Assembly: GCF_006345805.1 (NCBI RefSeq)
Contig: NC_043014.1
Span: 2,790,001-2,854,000 of the forward strand
DNA length: 64,000 nt
DNA from: Octopus sinensis
Lineage: Eukaryota
Direction of reading: 5' to 3'
The translations under genes were made by a program, and so were the position numbers. Shown in pieces: positions 1 to 13,121 of this stretch. The notes below the pieces were generated by a model. It saw only the letters and a list, made by a program, of their open reading frames with translations. It ran no database searches and was not told where the DNA came from. How positions within the stretch are numbered: the first letter of the stretch is position 1; the number at the start of each line of letters is the position of its first letter.

Positions 1-225
1 GTCGGTAAGATAGTACAAGTTTGTACTTGTGCTGATATAATCAATTCTTTCCCCCAAGATTTGTGACCTTGAGGACAGAGGATTTAGCAGAATCATTAGA
101 ACATTAGCATTTGTTACCATTCTTTACGTTCTGAGTTCAAATCCAGCCGAGGTCAATTTTGCCTTCCTTCCAAGCTCGATAAAAAAAAGTACCAGTCAGA
201 TATTGAAGTCGATTTAATCGACTAG

Positions 226-262
<37 letters not shown>

Positions 263-600
263 AACTAACGGCAATTAAGAAGTAATTGTTATCATTAATT
301 AGGGCAGTCACTTAGCTGAATTAATTGGGGTCTCGGACAAAATGCCTTGTGGTATTTTATTTAGGGCTTTTACGTTCTAAGTTCCATTCTATTCAAGAGT
401 CAAGTCAGTACTACTCATGTGATTGTTCACCCTTTAATGGCCTAATTTATACTTAAAAGAAATGAAAAGGCCTGAAGGCAAAATAATTAACTGACTTTAT
501 TAGTAAGAATTTTACATAATCTAATCCCCAAAACCTAGTCTTCGACCACACCATGAAGTGGACGAAAGAAAAACGCAATTAAATCGGTATTCCTGTATAT

Positions 601-714
601 TTATGTGTGTGTGTCAGCATTTATTAACCCTTCGTCGGGAGTCGTCTCCACCCCCTTTCTCTTCAAATGTCTCACTATGTAAGGAAGAAGTTCTATGTTC
701 TTCAACGTCGCCAT
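601..714 (-). CDS. Candidate first coding exon of a gene running off the left edge (MATLKNIELLPYIVRHLKRKG..., LisH-like)
   Basis: CpG-rich patch; ATG at 714 in good context (agaATGG); ELLPYIVRHLKRKG resembles the N-terminal LisH motif of Treacle-type proteins; possible donor ATA|GTGAGA. Exon end uncertain. Confidence 0.3.
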   Translation of the reverse strand: MATLKNIELLPYIVRHLKRKGVETTPDEGLINADTHT

Positions 715-867
715 TCTACTACACACGTGTTGCCGCCTTCTCGCAGACATGGCCATCAGACGGAATTCTTTTTTCTGATTGGCATTTGGAGGCTTACAGC
801 ATGTGTGTGTGTGTGTGTCTGTGTGTTTATACACGTTTTTTCTTTTACAACGTGCGTGTATGTATTA

Positions 868-913
<46 letters not shown>

Positions 914-1099
914 CGTTCTCTCTCTCTCTCTAGAGACTACTACGGGTAACTGCATATCATATATAAGAAATCACATGCATATACGCATAGATACACGTCA
1001 TATTGAATGCCATACCATAAACTATATGCGTGTGATTGTCTTTGAAAACTTTTATCAAAGTTTTACATGTTTCGTTAGATTTTCTTAAACAAAAAAAAC

Positions 1100-1575
1100 C
1101 ATTTTCTCATTCTCTCTCTCTCTCTCACAACCTCATCTCGTCTATTTACATCAAAATTGTGAACTTGACTTTCCCTTTACTTCCTTCCATATATATTTTA
1201 ACGCTCCTTGTCCTCACAACACACACACACACACCTCTTCGTCTCTCTCTCTTCTATAACCCTGACCCTTTCTCTCCCTCACACACATTCCCTTTCTTCC
1301 CCTCTCTGTCCCCCACCTTCATGCACACTATCCCTTTCTCCTTTATACACGTTCTTCCTCTCCTTTTCTCTTTCACATGCGCACTTTCTCTCCTCTCTCT
1401 CTCTATCACGCCCTGTTCCCCCTTTCTCTCCATCTTCTGCTCCTTTTACACAATCCCTTTCTCTTTCACACACGCCTCTCCCTTTATATCTGTATCCTTT
1501 TCTCGTATCCACTTCATTCTTTTCTCCGTCACATGCAATATCCCCTTTTTCTCACAATATCTTCTTTCTCAAACA
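1100..1575. repeat. Polypyrimidine (CT-rich) low-complexity tract
   Basis: Long CT/TC-rich run; GA-rich on the minus strand. Confidence 0.85.
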
Positions 1576-3932
1576 CACGCATTCTGTTTTGATAAAGCAT
1601 AAATGATATATCCTGAACACACAGACACACACACACCTTGCCTTCTGTATTATGGACTGGCTACTCTTTCTAACCATTCGAGCGACCACGTAGTGGATTC
1701 CTCATTAACACGGTTTCTGTTTTTCATTTCTTACATTTGACTTTAACTTGAGGAAGGAAATAAGGAAGTGAATACAAATTCGAGACCTTGCAACAGAATG
1801 GGCTTTTGCTAAAAGTACCCGAAGGACCAGGTCGTGGTTTTAAACAAACCCCAGTTGGACTATCAACGAAGAACAGCTGGCTGGCCTGACTACGGTTTGG
1901 CGTCACTGCCTTCCCCTATCAAACTTTTGTTTCCTCATAACTTTCTGAAAGATTCATATTTTTAAAATTAAAAAGTGCCGAGATGGCAGGCATGGCTTTG
2001 TAGTTTGGCCACCACCACGTTTCAGACTCAGCCCCATGTGTTGCACTTTGAGCAAATACACCATTGGTTGACCATGATCATCATCATTTAACGTCCGTTT
2101 TCCATGCTAGCATGGGTTTGACGGTTTTGACTGAGGACTGGCAAACCAGATGGCTGCACCAGGCTCCAGTCTTGATCTGGCAGAGTTTCTACAGCTGGAT
2201 GTCCTTCCTAACGCCAACCACTCCGAGAGTGTAGTGGGTGCTTCTTACGTGCCACCTTCACGGGTGGCACAGCATATCATGATCATGATCATCATCATCA
2301 TCGTTTAACGTCCGCTTTCCATGCTAGCATGGGTACACATGATATATCTTGGTATATATTATATCATAGTTCACTCAGGTGTGCAATGTGCCATGGTTTG
2401 GTACAATATAATGTAGTCTTGTGTGATGTGGGAATGTTGGGGTTTGGTGTTGTCTAACCTATGGACTGTCTTTGTTTCCTATTCCACTCTTAGCCATTCA
2501 ATGTGTTAAAGATCATATTTTTATAAGTAAACAGATCTCCCAGGTGGAATGACAGGGGACCGAAACTCTTGGTGGTTTGCTGTGCTTCAAAAGACACGTC
2601 AAGCTAAGCAAGATCATGGTTGTCTTTGCATACAGCCCTGTCCCCTACATCCCTCTCCAGCCGATTATTCCTAATCTTGTGGGCTTGTGGGTGCTGCTGC
2701 CACATAAAAAGCACCCGTGCTGGTGCCATGTAAACACAACCCTGCCAGTGCTGTGTAAAAAGGCACCCAGTACACTCTGTAAACTAGTTGGTGTTAGGGA
2801 AGGGCATCCAGCTGTAGAAACCATGCCAAAATATGAAGCCTGGGCAGTTGTTCCTTAGCTGACCAACTCCTGTCAAACTGTCCAACTCATGCCAGCATGA
2901 AAAACGGATGTTAAATGACGATCATGATGATGATGATGATGATTAGGAATCATATAAAAAAATTGTTAAAACATTTTGAAAGGTGCTAGTATAGCTGGGT
3001 AGTTAAATTATACCCTAACAATTCTGCTGGTCCATTGCTTTATGAAAGTGCTGGAATTTATTGAGTCCAGAAGGATGACCAGCAAAACTGACCCCAGTGA
3101 GAATTGAAACTCAGAATATTTTCTTTATCTTCTTAACTCTTTCGTTACCAACCCGGCTGAAACCAGCACCCACTACACTCGCGGAGTGGTTGGCGTTAGG
3201 AAGGGCATCCAGCTGTAGAAGCACTGCCAGATCAGACTAGAGCCTGATGCAGCCTTCTGGCTTCCCAGACCCCGGCCGAACTGTCCAACCCATGCTAGCA
3301 CGGAAAACGGACCGGACATTAAACGATGATGATGATGATTTTGTGTAAAAATATAACCAATTCATTGGACATAAAGTTTAACAGCAAAATCTTTTACGGG
3401 TCCCCTAAGGGCCATATGGACCCTGGTTGAGAAGCACTGATGTAAAGCATCATAGTGTAGTGAGGTGGTGGTGTTTCGCTTCTGGTTGTTAGTTCTGAAT
3501 AGAAGACTTGTGATAACTTGGCAAATTGGCTCAGTTGTTAGAGTGTTGGACAGAATGCAGTATTTTGTTCTGATTCTCTGACTTCTGAGTTCCAACCCTG
3601 CTCAGGTCAACTTTGCTTTTCTTTCCTCCTTTCAGGGGTTGATGAAAAGGTACAAGTCCAGGGCAAGGATTTAGCAATAAATCTAAGGATGTCAAAGTGA
3701 ATCCCTTGCATCCTGAGTTCAAATCCTGCCATGCCCTACATGGATGACAGACTTAACCTATTGTCCAGTTTAACTTCTTCTCCTGACCCCCTTGGGTACC
3801 TTTAGTACAGTTCACTCTGTTGTCACTCTGTAATATTCAGATAAGCTTGGTAGCCGAAGGATATTTTCTTCCCTCTTTTCTACAATCCCAGAAGCAATGT
3901 AACAGGTCAGGGCTAGTATTTTCCCTCCTGAT

Positions 3933-4160
3933 TTAATCCTTTCCCTACTGCATTTCTGTTGAGATGTTCTGTGTTTCTTTCAGTTACTTTAAATATAACA
4001 AAGAATTTAGTAAAATAACTTAGTTATCATTCAGCTAGTGTTAGGAACATAAGTTGTGACTAAAGTTTGGTGGAAGATTTTAATTCAAAACTTATGGAAA
4101 CAAGACATTTGTATGTAGAGCCAGAGGTGATTTCAGCTGGGTTGGTAACAAAAGGATTAA
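3933..4160. mobile_element. piggyBac-type MITE, family 1 copy
   Basis: TTAA...TTAA ends; body shared with 30400-30626 and ~15960-16186. Confidence 0.75.
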
Positions 4161-4977
4161 GAAGATAAAGAAAATATTCTGAGTTTCAATTCTCACTGAG
4201 GTCAGTTTTGCTGGTCATCCTTCTGGATCCATAAATTATAGCACTATCATAAAGCAGTGAACCAGCAGAATTGTTAGGGTATAATTTAACTACCCAGCTA
4301 TACCAGTGCCTTTCAGAATGTAAAATTTCACAAGAGTAAACAAATCATATATCTCTGTCTTTGAAAGGTTTGCCAGTGTCAAAATCCATCAGATGCCAGG
4401 AAAAAAATTTTTACCTTTTAGCATTCAGGTTATTCTATCAAATGTATTGTTTATTTATATACATCATCATTTAATGTTTGTTTTCCCTGCTAACACAGGT
4501 CGGATGGTTTGACAGGTGTTGACTAGCTGAAGGGCTGTTCAGGCTCCCTGTCAGTTTTGGCATGGTTTCTATGGCTGGATACCCCTCATAAGGCCAGATT
4601 ATCTCGTGGCTTCAAAATTCTGATGGGATTATTTATTTTTAGAATGACATTGTAGGGTAGGTGTGAGAGGACAGATCTGGTCAGTTTTAACATAAAACAG
4701 AATGTTTGGCCTGGATATGGCTGGTTTAAATGCTAAAGGGTCAAGTAATTTCCTCTTAACCAAAACCTTGTCCAGATAATTAGGTGGTTGTTTGTTGATG
4801 GGGTCTCCTTACTACCTACTGAGGCCAGAATTTCGAATAAGGCCATGTTTTTGTTCGTCTTTACAGCTATTTCTCCATGCTAGCATGGGTTAGATGAAGA
4901 TATATATATATTACTGAGCCATCATTTTATGATTGGATGCCCATCTCGTCAATAACCCTTCCTGTTTATCAAGTAAG

Positions 4978-5202
4978 GTGAGCTAGCAGAAACGTTAGCA
5001 CGCCGGGCGAAATGCTTAGCTTTATTTCGTCTGTCATTGCGTTCTAAGTTCAAATTCCGCCAATTGGCTTTGCCTTTCATCCTTTCGGGGTCGATAAATT
5101 AAGTACCAGTTATGCACTGTTGTCGATGTGATCGACTTAATCCCTTTGTCTATCCTTGTTTGTCTCCTCTATGTTTAGCCCCTTGTGGGCAATAAAGAAA
5201 TA
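4978..5202 (+). mobile_element. tRNA-derived SINE family C (gagctggcagaaacgttagc...gcctttcatcctttcggggtcgataaattaagtacc)
   Basis: Many dispersed copies (13144-13372 +, 14955-15183 -, ~19065-19260, ~22080-22290, ~33420-33590 -, ~57280-57465 -); B-box-like GAGTTCAAATTCC. Confidence 0.8.
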
Positions 5203-6161
5203 AAACAAGCAGAATATTTGGGCCAGGGGTGACTGGTTTAAGTGCTAAACAGTTAAGACAGTGATTTATAGACACAAGGGTGGTGAAGTGTTGTTGCTTA
5301 GTCCCAGCAGGCTATGATTGAGCAGACCTATGATGAAAGCCATTCCAACCATGACCATTTCCTCTTCAGGTATGGAGTGCTCCTGACTTAGCTATCCAAT
5401 GTGTTCTTTGGTAAAACTGTGGAGTGTGATATTATGAGGTAGATTTGGCTATCATTTCATGGATGTTCTTTCATTGGCTGTAATAAAGCATAATTTAATT
5501 ATTTAGTTCAGTCTCAAGAAGAAATGTGGTTGAGTATTCCAAGTTCTTCAAATTGGCAACAGGGAGTTGGCAAGAAATGTTAGAACATCAGACTGCATGA
5601 CTCACAGCACAAGGTTCTTCTGATGACCATGTTTTAAATTCAAATTCATTCTTCATGCTTTTGGGTACCAATAAAATCTTTCTTTGGTTTTTGATTCCCT
5701 ACTTTCGCAAGCAACGTTTCCTCTTATTTTGGCAAGAACCAAATGGAACTTTTGAAAATCCATCATCATCATTGTTTAATGTCTGCTTTCCATGCTAGCA
5801 TGGGTTGGATGATTTGACTGAGGTCTGGTGAACCAGATGGCTGCACCAGGCTCCAATCTGATCTGGCAGAGTTTCTACAGCTGGATGCCCTTCCTAATGC
5901 CAACCACTCCGAGAGTGTAGTGGGTGCTTTGATGTGTCACTGGCACGAGGGCCAGTCAGGCGGTACTGGCAATGGCCTTGCTCAAATGGTGCTTTTTATG
6001 TGCTACCTGTACATGTGCCAGTCCAGTGGCACTGGCAACGACCTCACTCAAATGTTTTTACATGTGCCACCAGCACAAGTGCCAGTAAGGTGACACAGGT
6101 AATGATCACGCTCGAATGGTACTTTGTACGTGCCACCAGCACAGAGGCCAGCTTGTTGCTC

Positions 6162-6375
6162 GCCAACATAACATGGCAGTCCTGGTTTAGGACTAATGTT
6201 GCTGTAATTTAGCCCCAGGAGACATCATCTCCAGCTGGCCATATGACACAATCTTTGTCCTTATATTTTTGAACAAGGACACAGATCATGTCGTATAGCC
6301 AGCTGGAGACGATGTCTCCTGGGGCTAAATTACAGCAACATTCATCCTAAACCAGGACTGCCATGTTATGTTGGC
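6162..6375. repeat. Near-perfect fold-back inverted repeat (101-bp arms, 12-nt loop)
   Basis: 6162-6262 is the reverse complement of 6275-6375 with few mismatches. Confidence 0.9.
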
Positions 6376-7751
6376 AAACAATCTTTACTACAAAGTACTC
6401 TCATTGAATATCTCATGTTGTGAGATTTAAAAATAGTAATTTTCTAACGAACAAAAGTATTTTAATTGCAGAACTGGGGCACAGTGTTCAAGTATTCCTG
6501 TAGTTTATGTCGACATGTTTTCAATGAAAAAGATGTGCTTTTGTGTTGACTATTTATTAAGATTGTTGAGGATACATGACCTGGTGGTTAGACATGTTGC
6601 AATTGCAAGGTTGCTGTTTCAATTCCTGGATGTAGCAGTATGTTGTGTTCTTGAACAAAACACTTCATCTCAGGTTGCCTTGCAATCACTTTGACACCTG
6701 ACAGGTGGTACATTGTGCACCCGTTCAGGTGTTGTTTATCTGGTGGAAAGAGTAACCTGATTTAATGCACAAACATTCGATCACTATAAACGAATCATTT
6801 GTGCCGGTTGTCCTACAAAAAATTGCAGAACCGTCTTTCTCAGACTGCGAGAAACTACCATCTACTTATTTAAAGCATAAGTTTTCACTCTTCCAACAAG
6901 GGACGTGCCGCCTGGGTAGGCAAAGTAGGCAGCGCCTACCCTGAATAAAATAGATTGATAGCAACATTTTCCTTTTATGGCAAAATATGCACCTAATTCA
7001 ATAAAATTATGAAGGTTACTCTGATTACTATGCATAAAATGCAAAAATATATAATTTTTTTTGTAGATTAAGTAGGCATAATTTGGCCCTGCGTTTCAAT
7101 TTCAATATTAAAACTATGTATAGTATTGCTGTAGTACACATGCTGCGTGCATTCCTACAACAACATTTTCTTTACGCGTTATAAAGGCAGAATTAGTTCT
7201 GCCTTCAACTCAGTCGAGTGCCTGTGTTTCGCTTACATTTTTATGAGTTTTACTCCATAAACGTCACCAACTGCCAATCTGGAGTAATTACTCACGGTAC
7301 GTGCCTGCTGTCAACATATATATTTCCTGACAAGTAAACAACTTTATTTAACCCATTTCATACCAATCTGCCTGAGACCACTCCTAGTTCCATGAAATAA
7401 ACTTTCTATTTTAAAATGATCTAAACTAAAACCTTCTGCTGGAATTTCACATCGTTTTATGTTCTAAACAGCAGCTTAATAATAATAATGACAAAGTCTG
7501 TCATTATTTTCAAAATTAATTGAAACGAAGGCTGTGTATTCCAACAGAAATATTGTGAGGATGAATTTGGTCCTTTGTCCTTTACTTGTTATGATCATTA
7601 GATTGTAGCCATGCTGGGGCACTGCTCTGTAGAATCAATCCCAGAACTTGCATTCTTTTCGATTTTTGAAGCCTGGTACTCTTTCTGTCAGACTTTCTTG
7701 CCAAACTGTTACATTATAGGGATGTAAACACATATTGGTTGTCAAATAGCA

Positions 7752-8240
7752 CAGGCAAAAAGAATACCCTCCATTAGGCATTTGCCATATTCTGAACACC
7801 TTACTTCCCTGGGCATGGACGCATTGAAACTCCGACGTCTGGCAGCTGACTTGGCAGACACCCATAAAATTATCAACCATCTTACTAACAATAACTCTGA
7901 GCACCTTTTCAAACTCCACCCGTCTAACACCCGTGGACATAAAGTCAGAAAACAGCACAGCTCCCATGACTTTAGGAAACATTTTTTCACGCTGAGAGTT
8001 GCTGAAGCATGAACAAACTGCCGGCATCAGTTGTTAGTTGTCGGAGCACTGCATCCTTCAAAAATTCCATGCTTTCTGAGATTCGCCAACACTACACCTG
8101 ATTTTCTCCCCTCCATACACACGCAAGCATGTATCTGACTCATACATTGTTCGCTTTCCAGACATTTGTACATTATTGCATATACTCTGACAAGTTGTGG
8201 TGCACCTGAGCACTGTATACAATAATTTCATTATTATTTT
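7752..8240 (+). mobile_element. CR1-like LINE 3' end (ORF2 C-terminus, 3'UTR, (ATT)n tail)
   Basis: Translates to PYSEHLTSLGMDALKLRRLAADLADTHKII...HFFTLRVAEA(W)NKLPASVV...SFK, a typical CR1 ORF2 tail. Confidence 0.8.
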
Positions 8241-8608
8241 TTTATACGACATGCTTCTTTCAGTTTCCATCTACGAAACCGACTCACAAGACTTTGGTCG
8301 GCCCAAGAGTATAGCAGAAGACACTCGCACAAGATGCCACACAGAGGGACTGAACTGGAATCGTGTGTTTTGGCATGGTTTTCTATGGCTGGATGCCCTT
8401 CCTAATGCCAACAACTCAGAGTGTAATGGGTGCTTGGGTGCCATTCGTGTGACATGGGAGTGCATTTATGTGCCACCGCCATGGGTGCCAGTTTGTGTGA
8501 TACCAGTATCTGCCATGACTGTGGTTTTGCTTGGCTTGATGGGTCTTCTCCTCAAGCTCGACATAATGCCAAAGGTCTTGCTCATTGCCTCGTTGAGGCC
8601 CAATGCTC

Positions 8609-8609
<1 letters not shown>

Positions 8610-8644
<35 letters not shown>

Positions 8645-9005
8645 AATTCTTGTATACAGTGCTCAGGTGCACCACAACTTGTCAGAAAGTGCGTATAAAG
8701 CATATGCAATAATGTACAAATGTCTGGAAAGCGAACAATGTATGAGTCAGATACATGCTTGCGTGTGTATGGAGGGGAGAAAATCAGGTGTAGTGTTGGT
8801 GAATCTCAGAAAGCATGGAAGTTTTGAAGGATGCAGTGCTCCGACAACTAACAACTGATGCCGGCAGTTTGTTCAATGCTTCAGCCACTCTCAGCGTGAA
8901 AAAATGTTTCCAAAAGTCATGGGAGCTGTGCTGTTTTCTGACTTTGTAAATATGTCCACGGGTGTTAGACAGGTGGAGTTTGAAAAGGTGCTCAGAGTTA
9001 TTGTT
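8610..9005 (-). mobile_element. Second CR1-like LINE 3' end, inverted relative to 7752-8240
   Basis: Reverse complement of ~7880-8235 with small indels; (TAA)n tail at ~8609-8645. Confidence 0.8.
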
Positions 9006-9732
9006 ATATATATGTGTGTGTGTGTGTGTATGTATGTATACACACATACACATGATGGGCTTCCACACAGTTTCCATCTACCAAATTCTCTCACAGGGCA
9101 TCAATTGGCAGGACTGAACCTGAAACCACACAGCCAGGTCAAATTTTTGGAGAAGGATTCTTTGAAGCATAGAATATATTTCCAAGAGTAAAAACTGTTG
9201 GGAAACCCTGGTGTAAGGATTCTGCCATTTCACTACCCTTATCTGTGGTACCTGCTGTGGTCCCTTACAGATAGTTAGGTAGGTCCAGTTAATGGGAGTT
9301 AAGGGCTTCAACTACAGACCCAGCTGGTTCTTATCAGTACTCAGTCAACTCAGACAGCTGTGGTTTGTTGGTAAAATTTAATTTCTGGGGGTGGTTCATT
9401 AGACCTGTACTGCAGAAACTAGGGGGAGAGGGGGACCATTTACACAGGTCATTTGATTTGCTAAAAGTAACAGTCAAATCTCCTTCAAACTACACCTTGT
9501 TTCATGAAGTGTAGTCCCAGAGATGCCAAAAAGATAAAAGAATGATGGTTGTGGACTCATATTATCTTTAGTATTAGTTCTGTTCAAGTATGATTTCAGA
9601 CTAATTAGTAACAATACGAAACACTTGCTTACATCATCATCATTATCATCATCATCGTCATTGTTGTTGTTGCTTTTACATCTCTCTTTTACCATGCTGG
9701 CATGGGTTAGATGAGTCTTGTTGAGGCAGTAT

Positions 9733-9768
<36 letters not shown>

Positions 9769-9997
9769 GTTGATAGATAGATAGATAAATGGATAAAAAG
9801 ACAGATATGAAAATATTCATTTACTTGTTTCAGTCATTTGATTGTGGCCATGCTGGAGCACCGCCTTTAGTCGAACAAATCGACTCCAGGACTTATTCAA
9901 TCGCTAAGTTACGGTGACGTAAACACACCAGCATCGGTTGTCAAACAACGGTGGGAAGACAAGCACAGACACACACACAAATATATACATACATACA

Positions 9998-10047
<50 letters not shown>

Positions 10048-10584
10048 GACGGGCTTCTTTCAGTTTCTGCCTACCAAATCCACTCATAAGGCTTTGGTCG
10101 GCCCGAGGCTATAGTAGAAGACACTTGCCCAAGGTGCCACATAGTGAGACTGAACCCTGAACCATGTGGTTGGTAAGCAAGCTACTTATAACACAGCCAC
10201 TCCTGCTCACATTATATATATATATATACACGATGAGCTTCTTTCAGTTTCCGTCTACCAAATCCACTCACAAGGCTTTGGTCGGCCTGCGGCTATAGTA
10301 GAAGACACTTGCCCAAGGTGCCATGCAGTGGGACTGAACCTGGAACTATGTGGTTGGAAAGCAAGCTACTTACCACACAGCCACTTCTGCGCCTATAAAT
10401 ATATGTGAATGTTTATGTAAGTGAGTTTATTTCGTCCCTCATCTTCACACATATGATCATTGGTTGCTTACAAAGAGCCTCCCTGTCCATAGAGGCTGTG
10501 TTCGTGGTCCTCTGAAAAAAGCACATCTGGGTTTCTTTACATGTCTTGACTTGTTAAGCAGTTTTTGTTAACAAAATGCACATT

Positions 10585-11000
10585 AGGCGCAGGAGTGGCT
10601 GTGTGGTAAGTAGCTTGCTAACCAACCACATGGTTCCGGGTTCAGTCCCACTGTGTGGCATCTTGGGCAAGTGTCTTCTGCTAAAGCCCCGGGTCGACCA
10701 ATGACTTGTGAGTGGATTTGGTAGACGGAAACTGAAAGAAGCCCATCGTATATATGTATATATATATATGCGTGTGTGTGTTTGTGTGTCTGTGTTTGTC
10801 CCTCTAGCATTGCTTGACAACCGATGCTGGTGTGTTTACGTCCCCGTCACTTAGCGGTTCGGCAAAAGAGACCAATAGAATAAGTACTGGGCTTACAAAA
10901 GAATAAGTCCCAGGGTCGATTTGCTCGACTAAAGGCGGTGCTCCAGCATGGCCGCACTCAAATGACTGAAACAAGTAAAAGAGTAAAGAGTAAAAGAGTA
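10585..11000 (+). mobile_element. Full-length bipartite tRNA-derived SINE family A
   Basis: tRNA-like head (ggctgtgtggtaag...gggttcagtccc), internal (TA)n(TG)n, right module ending in (GAGTAAAA)n; copies at ~13765-14143 -, ~20820-21241 -, ~28993-29378 +, ~31487-31968 -, ~46340-46760 -, ~59583-59985 -. Confidence 0.85.
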
Positions 11001-12487
11001 TTGAAACTGTGTTGCTTGTGTCTAGTTCCCTGCTTTGCTGTGTCTGGCCACCCTGCAGCATCATGCTAAAAGTACAGCAATCACATCATTGAACTCTTGA
11101 AGTTACAAGATAAGGAATGCAGCATGATTAATTCAAAACAACGTGAAAACAGAATCATTGCATTTGACAAAATAACCGTCATCATTCAACGTCTTTTGTC
11201 CATGCTGGCATGGGTTGGATGGTTTGACAGGGCTGGCAAGCTGGAGAGATAGACCAGGCTTTAGTCTGATTTGGCTGGGTTTCTATGGCCGGATGCCCTT
11301 CTTGACGCCAACCACTTTGCAGAATGTGCTGGGTGCTTTTACGTGGCACTGGCATGAGGGCTTTTTATGTGGGAACAATGCAGGACTCTTGCAGACTAAT
11401 TGTGCTAAAGGGTTCGGGTATCTTATTCCACATCTTTGCAAGTCAAACCGCTGCCGACCAGTTTGTTAAGGGGGGGACAAGAAAAACCAACATCAGTGCA
11501 AAGACACACACACACATACACATATTCAAACACAGATGTAGTAGTTGTTGTTGCTTCCTTTTAAAAAACTTCCAAATCTGCATTCAACGTTTGTAGATTT
11601 TAAGTAGGGAGTTGGGGGGTCAGGCCATTTTCATTTTCTCATTGGATCTTAAGTGGCTGCAGAAGTGGTTCACTTAAGTGGCAATTGTAAGCAACAGAAA
11701 CAAACACAACAACAACAACAGCAACAATAAATTGTGCTTCTGTGGTGGCCCCTTCCCTAGCTCCACCACCCACTGTCGCATGTGCTTCATGTCCTTTCAA
11801 AATGGACAGATATTAGGTTGTAAAGAAATGTAATTTAATTGTTATAATTGAAAGACTTTCAGAGGTGCTTCATATATATATATCATCATCATCATCATCA
11901 TATGTCTGTTTTCCATGCTGGCATGGGTTGTGTGTGTGGTGGCACATGGCCTAGTGGTTAGGGTTTTGGACATACGATCCTCAGATTGTGGTTTCAATCT
12001 GTGGACCGGGCTGTATGTTGTGTTCTTGAGTAAAACACTTCATTTCATGTTGTGTGTCTGTGTTTGTCCCTCTAGCATTGCTTGACAACCGATGCTGGTG
12101 TGTTTACGTCCCCGTCACTTAGCAGTTCGGCAAAAGAGACCGATAGAATAAGTACTGGGCTTACAAAGAATAAGTCCCGGGGTCGATTTGCTCGACTAAA
12201 GGTGGTGCTCCAGCATGGCCGCAGTCAAATGACTTATTGTGTTGACTATTTGTGTTTGACACTTTTGTCCACTCAGCTGGCAAAAGTGAGTAATGCTGCG
12301 ATAGACTAGCGTCCTGTCCAGGTGGGGAATATATACCCCAGAGAAAACAGGAAACCGGCTCCATGCTCCTTACAGAGTACCATGGACTAACCAACCATAT
12401 ATATATATGTGTTGTGATCTTAAAAGACATGTGATTTGTGGAAACGCATGTAACAGTGCAGTGAGTGTTTATAAATTCTATCCCAGG

Positions 12488-12523
<36 letters not shown>

Positions 12524-12649
12524 CATGGAGCCTGGTGCAGCCTTCTGGTTTGCCAGTCCCTAGTCGAACTGTCCAACCCATGTCAGCATGGAAAACGGAC
12601 GTTAAATGATGATGATGATGATACTGATGATATATATATATATATATAT

Positions 12650-12915
12650 AGCAAATAAGAAACTGGAGGAGATCAATAGTTCGTTCATCAACTTTAGGAC
12701 ATTAAAAATGTTAACTTATATATTTACTAAACTGATAATTATAACATACATACATATAGCATATTATTCTATGCATATCCTTATCTTATATACATAGAAT
12801 AATATGCTATATGTATGTATGTTATAATTATCAGTTTAATAAATATATAAGTTAACACTTTTAATGTCCTAAAGTTGATGAACGAACTATTGATCTCCTC
12901 CATGTTTTTATTGCT
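12650..12915. repeat. AT-rich fold-back inverted repeat (~115-125-bp arms, ~11-nt loop)
   Basis: ggaggagatcaatagttcgttc... at 12665 pairs with ...gaacgaactattgatctcctcc ending at ~12901. Confidence 0.9.
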
Positions 12916-13089
12916 CTATTAATTAATGGTAAAATATCTCTACCTTCACCCATTTAGTACACTAGGTAATGTAATTGCAATGCAATAAAAAGCACTTGTG
13001 TGTTAATAATTGGGTATTCTACCAGCAGTATATTGGATAGATATTATCCCTTAGTTGGTTGGACTCACAACCCCTAACTTTCTTGGAGT

Positions 13090-13121
<32 letters not shown>

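Noticed and set aside
6897-7330. hAT-like terminal motif (gggtaggcaaagtaggca)
   Set aside because: No matching opposite end or transposase found; too weak to call
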